A stretch of 41,687 nucleotides of DNA from a virus (Duplodnaviria; Caudoviricetes), in the IMG/VR virus record IMGVR_UViG_3300020045_011739, positions 1-41,687 of that record. One strand, given 5' to 3'. A program made the position numbers and the translations under genes. The notes beneath the pieces are model-generated. The model saw only the letters and a list, made by a program, of their open reading frames with translations. It did no database searches and was not told the origin of the DNA. Every line of letters begins with the position of its first letter. The stretch's first letter is position 1. Positions 1 to 8,780 of the stretch are shown piece after piece.

Positions 1-121
1 TCAAAGAAATTGGGATTAAAGAAAGAGAAAAAATAGCAAAAGAATTAAAAGACATAGGTTTATTCCAGAATAACAAAGTGGATTTTGACGTTAAAGCGGG
101 GAAATTCGTATCTAAAGGTAA
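1..121 (+). repeat. Terminal direct repeat, left copy (assembly circularisation overlap)
   Basis: Identical to 41567-41687 and lies inside a continuous reading frame. Confidence 0.95.
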
Positions 122-1337
122 ATCTTTAGAGAATCTGGAAAAACCTGCTACCGACAAACTTTTAGACAGATTAAATTCTGCAGGAAGTAAGCTACAAGAA
201 GAAAAGATGAAAGTCCTAGGAGCTTCGTCTAAAAATCTTGTAGATCTAGAAGATCTAGAAGATGCGTTGGATCAAGTGGTTGTATCTTATTCCAAAAAAG
301 CTACAGGTATGCCAGAACGTCTAGCAAATGCCCAGGAAGTTAAAACTAAGATTATTGATGATATCCTACAAGATCTTGAAGAAGAAGGTGCGGAGGGTGT
401 GACGGTAGGTATGCTAGAAAGAGCTAAGATGAGATTGGGGGAAGACGTAGGGAACTACGGAAAAAACCCATTACTCCAAAAAACTCCAGATACCGCGCAG
501 ATTTATCAGAATATGTACTCTTCGCTGAATAAGAAATTGCGAGCTTTAGTTGGGAATTCAAAATACGCCGACTTTAACGATTTACAGCAGAAGATGCTAA
601 CAGCTAAGGCAGATTTATCTAAAGCAATTGCTATGGATGATTCAGCTAAAGCTCAAGCTGGCTATGGTGGGTGGTTTAATAAATTGGCAAATGAAACTCT
701 CGGAAGTCCCGAGGCAGGATTAGGTATGGCAAATGTAGCTGAACTGGCCGGAAAACCTGGAGTAAAACAGACCCTCATGGCAGGAAGAGTAGGGATGGAG
801 GAAGCCCCTTTCTCTATGTTACGCCAAGTTGATCCTTCAATCCCACAAGTTCAAATACCATTTGAGCCAGACTCACAACAAAATGAAGGTTATAATTTCT
901 CTACAGCTACCCCAGCATTTAGAGGACAACCTTCACCTGTTGGGCGTAAATATAATTCACTAGGCTCAGACGAACTTACGCCAATGCAAATAGTTAAGAT
1001 GAGACTTCCAAGATCAACTAAAGGTCTATTGGAAAATAAAGACTTAGTGCTTCAGAAGTTGACTCTTTCTGGAGCTTCGGATGAAATAGTAGACTCAGTA
1101 GCCCAAGCTTTAAATGATGACCCTGAAGCAGTGGAATCTTTAGGTGCCATGGTTGCTATGCAATTCCCTACTTTATTTGCAAAATCTAAGTATGGTATGT
1201 TTGACGGCAAGATCTTAGATCCAGGTGAGAGAGCAAAAGCAGCAGATGATACTTCTAAGAGAACTGATATTGGAAGTATCCAGAGAGCTAAGATCATCAG
1301 CGAATTGAACAAATCAGGCAAGTACATCGGAGAATAG
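3..1337 (+). CDS. C-terminal part of a putative DNA ejection/internal virion protein spanning the junction (40987-41566 + 1-1337, 638 aa)
   Basis: In frame with the open frame from ATG 40987. Helical Ala/Lys/Gly-rich composition, last gene of the ejection-protein block. Confidence 0.7.
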   Translation, partial: KEIGIKEREKIAKELKDIGLFQNNKVDFDVKAGKFVSKGKSLENLEKPATDKLLDRLNSAGSKLQEEKMKVLGASSKNLVDLEDLEDALDQVVVSYSKKATGMPERLANAQEVKTKIIDDILQDLEEEGAEGVTVGMLERAKMRLGEDVGNYGKNPLLQKTPDTAQIYQNMYSSLNKKLRALVGNSKYADFNDLQQKMLTAKADLSKAIAMDDSAKAQAGYGGWFNKLANETLGSPEAGLGMANVAELAGKPGVKQTLMAGRVGMEEAPFSMLRQVDPSIPQVQIPFEPDSQQNEGYNFSTATPAFRGQPSPVGRKYNSLGSDELTPMQIVKMRLPRSTKGLLENKDLVLQKLTLSGASDEIVDSVAQALNDDPEAVESLGAMVAMQFPTLFAKSKYGMFDGKILDPGERAKAADDTSKRTDIGSIQRAKIISELNKSGKYIGE

Positions 1338-1338
1338 T

Positions 1339-1617
1339 ATGGCCCAAACATCGATTGTAATCCAAGCTGATCCAAATAGCCTAGCGGCCGCTTTGACAGC
1401 ATTGAATAGAGAAGTATTAATTGTTGAAAAAACAGCCTCAGCAGGTAAATTTCTAGTTATTTCTGATACACCTTCTACAGGGCAGATTTTTTCTGTTATA
1501 GCAGGAGACCCAGATAAACTTGCCACGAGTATGGCAACTCTAATTGCAGGAGGTAAGGTAATTAACTTTATTGCACCTACATTCTCTGCTGCACACTACG
1601 TCATAGGGTACGTATGA
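1339..1617 (+). CDS. Small putative virion protein with two ~45-aa (G/A)DP domains
   Basis: Internal duplication IQADPNSLAAAL / IAGDPDKLATSM; GGAG upstream. Confidence 0.75.
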   Translation: MAQTSIVIQADPNSLAAALTALNREVLIVEKTASAGKFLVISDTPSTGQIFSVIAGDPDKLATSMATLIAGGKVINFIAPTFSAAHYVIGYV

Positions 1618-1748
1618 CCATAGTAGAATCAAAAAAAGGAGATCCTGAAACAATATCGGCGTATATCAATACGCTAATATCATCAGGAAAAACAATATTA
1701 TCCGTAACAAAGGTCAATGTAGGATTCCTACTGATCTATGTAGGGTAA
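1614..1748 (+). CDS. 44-aa protein with one GDP domain (not in the ORF track)
   Basis: MTIVESKKGDPETISAYINTLISSGKTILSVTKVNVGFLLIYVG; ATGA overlap with the upstream stop; similar to both neighbours. Confidence 0.75.
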   Translation: MTIVESKKGDPETISAYINTLISSGKTILSVTKVNVGFLLIYVG

Positions 1749-1967
1749 GTGACTTTTTTAACGGTACTAGGCGACCCAAAAGATCTTAGTAACTTCCTAG
1801 ACAGCATCATATTGGCAGGAAATGATATAGTCTTCCTAAGGTTAACTCAGACTAGGGCTACATATGTAGTAGGTTTTATCTCCACCGGGCCAGTAGTGAA
1901 CAACTACATACTCTTAGAAAATGGAGATCTCCTGTTACTAGAAAATGGCGATTTTATAATCCTATAG
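1749..1967 (+). CDS. Small putative virion protein: GDP domain plus LLENGD repeat tail
   Basis: VLGDPKDLSNFL and C-terminal YILLENGDLLLLENGDFIIL; GTG start. Confidence 0.7.
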   Translation: MTFLTVLGDPKDLSNFLDSIILAGNDIVFLRLTQTRATYVVGFISTGPVVNNYILLENGDLLLLENGDFIIL

Positions 1968-1975
1968 GAGGAGTT

Positions 1976-2317
1976 TTGGCCGATACTAAAATAAGCGATT
2001 TACCTACCAAAACAATACCGGAAAACTCTGATATTCTACCCATTGTAGATATGGATGTGACTCAAACTAAGAAAATAACCGTAGGGTCTATCTGGGATGC
2101 TAAGGATGATAGGTTCGAATCCCCCGACTTCACATATGATGGAAACGGGAACCTAACCCTAATATCCTATAGCGATGGGTCTACTAAGACATTTTCATAC
2201 TCAGCAGGTAAGCTAGCCACTATAGACTTCCAAATTTTTGGCTATGCCTATATTAAAAGAAAGACTTTTATTTATTCAGGGGATACTCTTATTAGAGTCG
2301 ACCCATCAATTGTATAG
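1976..2317 (+). CDS. Putative virion appendage protein
   Basis: N-terminal KISDLP...DILPIVD...TKKIT motif typical of phage fibre proteins, YD-like hairpins (FTYDGNGNLTLISYSDG), GGAGGAG SD, TTG start. Confidence 0.7.
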   Translation: MADTKISDLPTKTIPENSDILPIVDMDVTQTKKITVGSIWDAKDDRFESPDFTYDGNGNLTLISYSDGSTKTFSYSAGKLATIDFQIFGYAYIKRKTFIYSGDTLIRVDPSIV

Positions 2318-2326
2318 GGGATTTTT

Positions 2327-2734
2327 ATGTCATTTTCAAATACGGCCGAAACAGCGATCAATAATTACATCTTCAAGGGCACAGATGTTTCATGGAATGC
2401 CAACACTGACCTATGGTTAGCACTTCACACCGCTGATCCAGGCGAGGCCGGTTCGGCAATTACGAGTGAGTCTGCTTATACCTCATATGCTCGCGTGGCA
2501 GTAGATAGAGCTACGGGATTCACAGTATCGGGTGCAACGGTTGAAAACGCTGCTCTAGCACAGTTTCCAATCTCTACTGGCGGCTCATCTACAGTAACTC
2601 ATATTTCAATTGTAACATCGGCCAGTGGTGCGGGTACAATCATAGCATCAGGAGCTTTAAACGCTTCTCAAACTATTGTGACTGGTAACCAACCACAATT
2701 TAGCGCGGGTGACTTAGTATTCACGCTTGATTAA
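2327..2734 (+). CDS. Putative virion structural protein
   Basis: LWLALHTADPG...E...YARVAV pattern common in small phage fibre/structural proteins. Confidence 0.75.
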   Translation: MSFSNTAETAINNYIFKGTDVSWNANTDLWLALHTADPGEAGSAITSESAYTSYARVAVDRATGFTVSGATVENAALAQFPISTGGSSTVTHISIVTSASGAGTIIASGALNASQTIVTGNQPQFSAGDLVFTLD

Positions 2735-2743
2735 GGCAATCAA

Positions 2744-3619
2744 ATGGCAGGGTTTAAGTCGATTAGAAATCTTGTAGAAAGTGAGGTTGATTTAGGTCAA
2801 TCGCACTATTCTACGTGGCGAAAATCGCCGACTCAAACAACTGTTTCCGGGTATTGGTTTGATCTTTCGTTGTCTCCTGGAAATCCCGCGCCATTTTATT
2901 ATGCTTCTACTCCTTATGAGTCGGTGGCAATGTCGCGCTCTGCAAACGGGGGCATGAATCACGGGCATCCAGTCGCACCGGCCAAAAAAGTATTACGTAA
3001 AGTAATGGCACTAGCAACGGCAGCAACGGCACTCCCTTTAAATATTAAAGTACTCGATTATTTAATGTACTACCCTTTCATTGATGAATCGCTAGATGGA
3101 GAAGTTCAACCCATGATTAACACCGCAACACTTCCGAGATATTCGGACGGAAAGGGTGTTCAAATTATGGCCGTCGTTGTGGCCGGACATGCTACGGGAT
3201 TAACTCAAACTTTTGTTTGCTCTTACACTAATCAAGACGGGGTAAGTGGGCGGACGACAATCCCTGTAAAGCTTAGTAATCAATTTGTCAACGGCACAAT
3301 CATCACAACTTCAAATAATATTAACGGAACAGCCGGGCCATTCATTCCTCTTCAGAGTGGTGATACCGGAGTCCGAAGCATTGAAAGCTTAACCATGACC
3401 GGAAGTGATGTGGGGCTAATGACTCTTGTGCTAGTTAAACCGATTGGCCAGATGAGTATCACGGGAATAGATGCGCCTGTAGAAGTTGATTACCTGAAAG
3501 ACTTCTCGCACTGTCCAGTTATCGAAGATAACGCTTATTTAAATATGATCTGCTGCCCTCTTGGGTCACTTGCGGTGACAGCAATACACGGCGAAATAAC
3601 TACATCTTGGAGTAATTAA
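2744..3619 (+). CDS. Putative virion appendage protein, paralog A
   Basis: Beta-rich; shares LPRY-G-GVQ, YTN-G-S-R-T and GPF-PLQSGD-G-RSI blocks with 3621-4517. Confidence 0.7.
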   Translation: MAGFKSIRNLVESEVDLGQSHYSTWRKSPTQTTVSGYWFDLSLSPGNPAPFYYASTPYESVAMSRSANGGMNHGHPVAPAKKVLRKVMALATAATALPLNIKVLDYLMYYPFIDESLDGEVQPMINTATLPRYSDGKGVQIMAVVVAGHATGLTQTFVCSYTNQDGVSGRTTIPVKLSNQFVNGTIITTSNNINGTAGPFIPLQSGDTGVRSIESLTMTGSDVGLMTLVLVKPIGQMSITGIDAPVEVDYLKDFSHCPVIEDNAYLNMICCPLGSLAVTAIHGEITTSWSN

Positions 3620-3620
3620 T

Positions 3621-4517
3621 ATGGGCTTTTCCTCAATGGACGATTTACTAAGTAAAGTTTCAGCAGATGGGCAATTCGCTCGACTAGACTGGAACAAAAG
3701 CTTTTTGCCAACAACTCCGGCGGTCGCAGGGGAATGGCATTGTTTAGTTAAAGGAACGGGAAATCCAGCTACAGGATCAATTTACAATACAGGTACAAAC
3801 TTAGCATTTCAGGCGACATCAGAATCAACGGCAAACGCTGGCGGGATTCCCCACGGTGGTAACGTCTCTCCTGCAACAAAACATATCTTAAACGCTTCTG
3901 CATTTACGGCGGCGGCGACTACAGCACCATGTATATTAATGCTTGTAGACTTACTTGGTTTTTATCGAGTAACTTCAGTCACAACAACTACAGCACAGGC
4001 AACGGATAACACCGTGACACTTCCTCGTTATACAAGCGGCGCGGGGGTTCAAGCATTCATGTGGAATACCAACACTACAGCACTAGGTGCAGCGACTCCA
4101 AACTTAAGTATTGGTTACACTAATAGCGCGGGTACGGCTTCAAGATCGACGCCGACAACTCTACCTGTAGGAAAAACTGCGGGCGCAAACGGGCTTATTC
4201 TTTACAGTGGTACAGGTTTAGGAAAGTACGGCCCTTTCATGCCTCTTCAGTCGGGTGACGCTGGGATTAGATCAATTCAAACAATTCAAAACTCTACTTC
4301 TTACGTATCCGGCGAATATGCAGTAGGTTTATGCAAGCCTCTTTTAACTCTACCAATTACGACTCTCGGGGTAGCAGCGGAAAGAGATCTAGTTAATCAA
4401 CTTCCTTCAATGCCTAAAATCGAAGACGGTGCAAATCTTGTATGGCTCATGTACTCAGGAGCGGCAACACCTGTAAACAGTTCGATCTATGGCCATCTCG
4501 ATATTGGCTGGGCTTAA
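3621..4517 (+). CDS. Putative virion appendage protein, paralog B
   Basis: Thr/Gly-rich; collinear similarity to 2744-3619. Confidence 0.7.
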   Translation: MGFSSMDDLLSKVSADGQFARLDWNKSFLPTTPAVAGEWHCLVKGTGNPATGSIYNTGTNLAFQATSESTANAGGIPHGGNVSPATKHILNASAFTAAATTAPCILMLVDLLGFYRVTSVTTTTAQATDNTVTLPRYTSGAGVQAFMWNTNTTALGAATPNLSIGYTNSAGTASRSTPTTLPVGKTAGANGLILYSGTGLGKYGPFMPLQSGDAGIRSIQTIQNSTSYVSGEYAVGLCKPLLTLPITTLGVAAERDLVNQLPSMPKIEDGANLVWLMYSGAATPVNSSIYGHLDIGWA

Positions 4518-5197
4518 TGGGAATACTTGGAAACTATTCCATTATTCACAAAAGCCCTGGCAGATTTATGTCTGGTGCTGCAAACGTAGTTAACCGCGCG
4601 AGCTTTTCTAAGTCTGGATCTTTGAGAAATAGATTTTTCTCGACGGCAAAATTCTCGGCAATCCCAAGCGGATATGTTCACCCGTACACATGGGCAATGG
4701 CGCAAGTGTCGGGCGGTCTAGCAAGTCATAAGCAGTTATCGGCGACATTCTCGGAGACCAATGCGCTTTCAGCACTTGGGATAAATATCGAGTCGGCATT
4801 GTCGGCCTCACTGACTGAAACAAACGCAGTCCTGGCATTAATTGTAGCACTACAGTCGAGCTTATCGGCAAATGGAAACTTTACTGATGCCGAGATGGCA
4901 ATCATCCTTTTACTGCAATCCAATCTATCTGCCAGTGGATCAGTCACAACGGCAGATTTTAGCATTATTGCTAGCCTAATAGCCTCATTATCGGCAAATG
5001 GAACGCTGGGGAGCACGGTTACCAATCAAGTAAACCTATCTGCTACAATTGGTGGGCCGAATGAATTAAGCCCAGAGGGTCTAGCGCAAGCTGTCTGGAA
5101 TTACCTAAAATCCAACCCTACGACAACGGGCTCCATGAAGGAAGTATTAGAAAAAGCAAAACAAGCAGCAGAAAACTCATTTGCAGTAAGTAGTTAA
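4517..5197 (+). CDS. Putative fibre-shaft protein with 21-aa LSA repeats
   Basis: TAATG coupling places the start at 4517; LSA recurs every 21 residues. Confidence 0.7.
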   Translation: MGILGNYSIIHKSPGRFMSGAANVVNRASFSKSGSLRNRFFSTAKFSAIPSGYVHPYTWAMAQVSGGLASHKQLSATFSETNALSALGINIESALSASLTETNAVLALIVALQSSLSANGNFTDAEMAIILLLQSNLSASGSVTTADFSIIASLIASLSANGTLGSTVTNQVNLSATIGGPNELSPEGLAQAVWNYLKSNPTTTGSMKEVLEKAKQAAENSFAVSS

Positions 5198-5267
5198 TCT
5201 ATTTGTAGAAGTATGAAAAATATAGAATACTAGGAAGACATTGAAGTCAAGAATCCAAGGAGGATTT

Positions 5268-5537
5268 ATGGAAAAATTAGGGACTGAAAAAATCGAAGAA
5301 ATTGCATCGGCATTAGCTGAACTTGCAATTCTTATTAAAAAAATCTCAGAAGACAAGAAAGTAGGAATTGAGGATCTTTCTCACCTTATTACTTTCCTTC
5401 CTAAGGTTAATGACATCTTATCTGCTTTCTCTAACCTTGGAGGAGTAGTTGAAGAAGGTAAAGATATCGACGTAGCTGAAGTTATTGCTCTTATCCAAAA
5501 GATCCATAGCAAAGTTAAAGAAGTAGAAAAAGCTTAG
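5268..5537 (+). CDS. Hypothetical helical protein (89 aa)
   Basis: Strong AAGGAGG SD before ATG 5268. Confidence 0.75.
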   Translation: MEKLGTEKIEEIASALAELAILIKKISEDKKVGIEDLSHLITFLPKVNDILSAFSNLGGVVEEGKDIDVAEVIALIQKIHSKVKEVEKA

Positions 5538-5538
5538 T

Positions 5539-5760
5539 ATGAATTTAGGAACTATCCTTTCTCTCTTAAAACTTAGCCTTGAAGTATTTCAGGGGGAGAG
5601 GAAGGATCGTTTCTTAAAAAAGTTCCATAAGATCGAGAAGGAGTATCAAGATGAACTTAACAAAGGCCTTGATGACCGTTCTGATCTTACTATCGACAAG
5701 TTGCGCATTGAAGCAAACCAACTCGCAACCCTCATTGTCTCTGAGTCCTCTAGTAGATAA
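5539..5760 (+). CDS. Hypothetical protein, possible inner-spanin-like partner
   Basis: Amphipathic N-terminus, charged helical body, overlaps a lipoprotein gene. Confidence 0.55.
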   Translation: MNLGTILSLLKLSLEVFQGERKDRFLKKFHKIEKEYQDELNKGLDDRSDLTIDKLRIEANQLATLIVSESSSR

Positions 5761-5992
5761 GGCTCTATCGCCTATACCTCCCGCTCCAGATATCGGAATT
5801 AACCCCGAGCAAGCTTTCTACCCTCTAAGAAAAGACTTTAATGGAGTAATATTTCCATCATACCAATCAAATGTATGCGTTAAGAAATTTGTTGTATGTT
5901 TGAAGTGGGAGAAACGAACATTGTTCTTTTCCGATCTTGAGTGGTTCTACGCCAATGGTTTTGGTTTGTTTAAACTCCCAGGTTTGAAATAA
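5651..5992 (+). CDS. Putative lipoprotein (outer-spanin-like)
   Basis: VLILLSTS-C lipobox-like signal, Pro-rich linker, CVKKFVVC pair, begins inside the upstream gene. Confidence 0.6.
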   Translation: MNLTKALMTVLILLSTSCALKQTNSQPSLSLSPLVDKALSPIPPAPDIGINPEQAFYPLRKDFNGVIFPSYQSNVCVKKFVVCLKWEKRTLFFSDLEWFYANGFGLFKLPGLK

Positions 5993-5998
5993 TAGAAT

Positions 5999-6163
5999 AT
6001 GTCCGATAAAAAACAGCCAAAACTATCGGACGAGAGAGCTAAGAAAGAATCTCTAGAGAGATTGATACAGTCATATCAACAAGCAAAACTTGACTCCAAT
6101 ACACAACAAATAAAAAATATAGAAAGTATACTAAAAAGACTAGGACATACCAAATTTAAATGA
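5999..6163 (+). CDS. 54-aa basic hypothetical protein (not in the ORF track)
   Basis: MSDKKQPKLSDERAKKESLERLIQSYQQAK... fills the gap on the coding strand. Confidence 0.55.
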   Translation: MSDKKQPKLSDERAKKESLERLIQSYQQAKLDSNTQQIKNIESILKRLGHTKFK

Positions 6164-6202
6164 TTAACCTTAATTTAGGCCACTTTAGATTAAGGATAAT
6201 CA

Positions 6203-6913
6203 ATGGGGAAGAACGGCAAGGTTCTAGTAATATCAGATTTACACGCGCCTTACTATCACCAAGATACCATTCCATTCCTAAAGGCAATTAAGAAGATTTT
6301 CAATCCAGATAGAGTGGTCTTTACAGGAGACGAAATCGACAGTCATTGCCTTTCCTTCCACGACACCGACCCCGATCTTCCCTTCTCTGCATCTTCTGAA
6401 TTAGAAAAAGCTATTGAGCACCTACAACCGTTGTATGAACTATTCCCTAACGCTGATATTATGGAGAGCAATCATGGAAGTTTGGTCTATCGCAGAGGTA
6501 AGCACCACGGAATTCCTAGACATGTATTTAGAGACTATAGAGACATACTTGGAGCACCTACAGGATGGAGGTGGTGTGCCGATCTCACAATCAAACTATC
6601 TGACGGAAAGGACTGTTATTTTCATCACGGGAAATCATCCGATGGATTAAAGCTATCTCAAGCTATGGGTTGTAATAGTGTCCAAGGGCACTATCATTCA
6701 TCATCTTATGTGAAGTACGTCAACACACCTAAAGGTTTAATTTGGAGCTTAGTTGCAGGGTGTATGATCGACAATGAATCACTAGCTTTTGCCTATAATA
6801 AACTACAGGTAAACTCACCTATACTCTCATGCGCAATGATCTTAGATGGTCAACCCAAAATCCTTCCGATGATTTTGAACTCGGAAGGACGTTGGATTAA
6901 GAAGATTGTTTAA
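6203..6913 (+). CDS. Calcineurin-like metallophosphoesterase
   Basis: ISDLH, GDEID, SNHG, HHG and GHYH motifs in the canonical order. Confidence 0.9.
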   Translation: MGKNGKVLVISDLHAPYYHQDTIPFLKAIKKIFNPDRVVFTGDEIDSHCLSFHDTDPDLPFSASSELEKAIEHLQPLYELFPNADIMESNHGSLVYRRGKHHGIPRHVFRDYRDILGAPTGWRWCADLTIKLSDGKDCYFHHGKSSDGLKLSQAMGCNSVQGHYHSSSYVKYVNTPKGLIWSLVAGCMIDNESLAFAYNKLQVNSPILSCAMILDGQPKILPMILNSEGRWIKKIV

Positions 6914-7218
6914 CGAACTAAATCGCCACCTTGAGGTAGGATAAGTTTTTTGGGAGGGAGTTTTAGAAGATTCTCTAAATCAGTAGCATCATCATATTCA
7001 TTTACATCTTTAAGTAATTGAGGAGCAAATTGATTTACAATCTTTGCCAAGATAACCTCGATGGCCTGGCAATCTTCAGCAGAAGTAAACACAGCTTTTA
7101 CTTTTTCTGGATCTTGGACAATAGATTTCATCCAACCGTTCAAAATGAACCATTCGAGTGATTGAAGGCTGACACCCATTTGTTTTAGCATCTTAGACTC
7201 TAGTTGATTATTTTGCAT
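6910..7218 (-). CDS. Hypothetical protein, last gene of the leftward arm
   Basis: AAGGT SD; stop codon overlaps the convergent stop (TTAA). Confidence 0.7.
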   Translation of the reverse strand: MQNNQLESKMLKQMGVSLQSLEWFILNGWMKSIVQDPEKVKAVFTSAEDCQAIEVILAKIVNQFAPQLLKDVNEYDDATDLENLLKLPPKKLILPQGGDLVR

Positions 7219-7219
7219 A

Positions 7220-7306
7220 TTATTTTACCTTTGTTAATAATTCAAAACCACTAAGCACTTCAGAAGAGGGGGCAATAGTAACACCTTTAAAAAACCTAAG
7301 TTTCAT
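7220..7306 (-). CDS. Possible 28-aa peptide
   Basis: MKLRFFKGVTIAPSSEVLSGFELLTKVK; ATGA overlap, AGGAG upstream, stop 1 nt before the next ATG. Confidence 0.4.
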   Translation of the reverse strand: MKLRFFKGVTIAPSSEVLSGFELLTKVK

Positions 7307-7533
7307 TTTTTACTCCTAATATTTTTAACAATCCAGTTTCGGGCTTTCTCTAAATATGCGTATCTGGTTTCTAGGTCTTCTATTCTATCTTTATATTCCT
7401 GAAATAAAGACACCAGAGTTACTCCATGAGGGAGGACATATACTCTATCTTCTACGCAATAACTACTCACCTCTAAGGAGATTTCCAACTTCCCACTCAT
7501 AGAAGGAGGGTGAAGGACTGTAAGTTTCATCAT
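7303..7533 (-). CDS. Hypothetical protein
   Basis: ATGA-coupled to the helicase gene. Confidence 0.65.
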   Translation of the reverse strand: MMKLTVLHPPSMSGKLEISLEVSSYCVEDRVYVLPHGVTLVSLFQEYKDRIEDLETRYAYLEKARNWIVKNIRSKK

Positions 7534-8780
7534 ATGTCCTTTAATATTTTGTTAATTGTTCTGTTTTTATTATTTAGCATATTTATAATTTTTTCATCTG
7601 CAGTAGATCCTACAACATAAACTATTCTACAAGGTCTTGTTTGAGAGAGTCGATGTATTCTTTTTTTTGCTTGCTCCAGATCTCCTGGCACAAATGGCAA
7701 ATCGTTAAACACCAACACACTGCTGCCAGTGAGTGTAATGCCACTGCTGCTAGAACCGATAGATGCAATAAGAACATCAAGCTGTCCATTGTTAAGCATG
7801 TTAACATAATCAGTTCGATGACTCATTGAAGTCTCTCCTGTTATGCTTCTGACTCTCTTATTAGACAATTCTAACTCCATTGTTGCAATAGATTTTCTAT
7901 GGTCAGAGAATATTACAACCGGGCCACAATCTTGATCCAATAAACCTAAAACATAATTAGCTGTAAATACTGATTTAGATTCAGCACTTTTAGCTTTTGC
8001 CATAATGTTCATACCCACCGAAGCACCAGTAAATTCATTGAAAGCTTTTTCTAATTCAGGATCATCTTTGTAGCTAACAACAACCTTAGATTCACTTAGT
8101 TCTGGGAGATTAAGAACATCATCTTTATGTTTAATAGCATAAGGTACGATATAAGTTCTTAACTCCTCTACATTTTTACTACCGCTATATGAAGCTCCAA
8201 AGGGAGTATTCTTAACATTAGTGAATCGGTTGCAAAATACATAGAAACTCCTATATTTCTCAATGATCTTAGGTTGAACATGGGAGGCTAAGCCAAGAAG
8301 AATTAGGGGACTATAAATCTCAGTCACACGATTCTTTAGAATTGTCCCTGTTAGCATAATCAAATATTCAGGAGGTTTCTTATATAGGAGAGTATGGACA
8401 TTCTTAGTTCTCTGAGAATCCAAGTTCTTGAGATAATGAACTTCATCGCAGACTACAATATCTACATTCTTAAAAATATCTCCTGCCTTGGCTACTTGAG
8501 TATAAGGGACAATGAAAACTTCAACATCTTCATTAAATCTAAGGAAGTGAGGAGAAGCTTTCAACTCAGTATGTTTAGAACACTCTGCCAACCAATTGTT
8601 AACTAAATGTGGAGGGCAGACCACTACCGCTCTTTTTTTAACAGAGCAAATAGTGGCGAGAGATGAAAGGGATTTTCCCGTTCCTGGTAGGGATAGGTCG
8701 AAGATATATTTCTTAGATAGGGCAAACTTGAGTGTTTGCCCTTGGTGATCTAATAATTCTGTCTTAAGCGAAAAAGCCAC
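7530..8780 (-). CDS. SF2 helicase, SNF2-like
   Basis: PGTGKS (I), CDEVH (II), LTGT (III), SSGITLT (V), QAKKRIHR (VI). Confidence 0.9.
   Translation of the reverse strand: MAFSLKTELLDHQGQTLKFALSKKYIFDLSLPGTGKSLSSLATICSVKKRAVVVCPPHLVNNWLAECSKHTELKASPHFLRFNEDVEVFIVPYTQVAKAGDIFKNVDIVVCDEVHYLKNLDSQRTKNVHTLLYKKPPEYLIMLTGTILKNRVTEIYSPLILLGLASHVQPKIIEKYRSFYVFCNRFTNVKNTPFGASYSGSKNVEELRTYIVPYAIKHKDDVLNLPELSESKVVVSYKDDPELEKAFNEFTGASVGMNIMAKAKSAESKSVFTANYVLGLLDQDCGPVVIFSDHRKSIATMELELSNKRVRSITGETSMSHRTDYVNMLNNGQLDVLIASIGSSSSGITLTGSSVLVFNDLPFVPGDLEQAKKRIHRLSQTRPCRIVYVVGSTADEKIINMLNNKNRTINKILKDI

Noticed and set aside
1-121. Biological direct terminal repeat
   Set aside because: It interrupts a coding frame and its length fits an assembler k-mer overlap.
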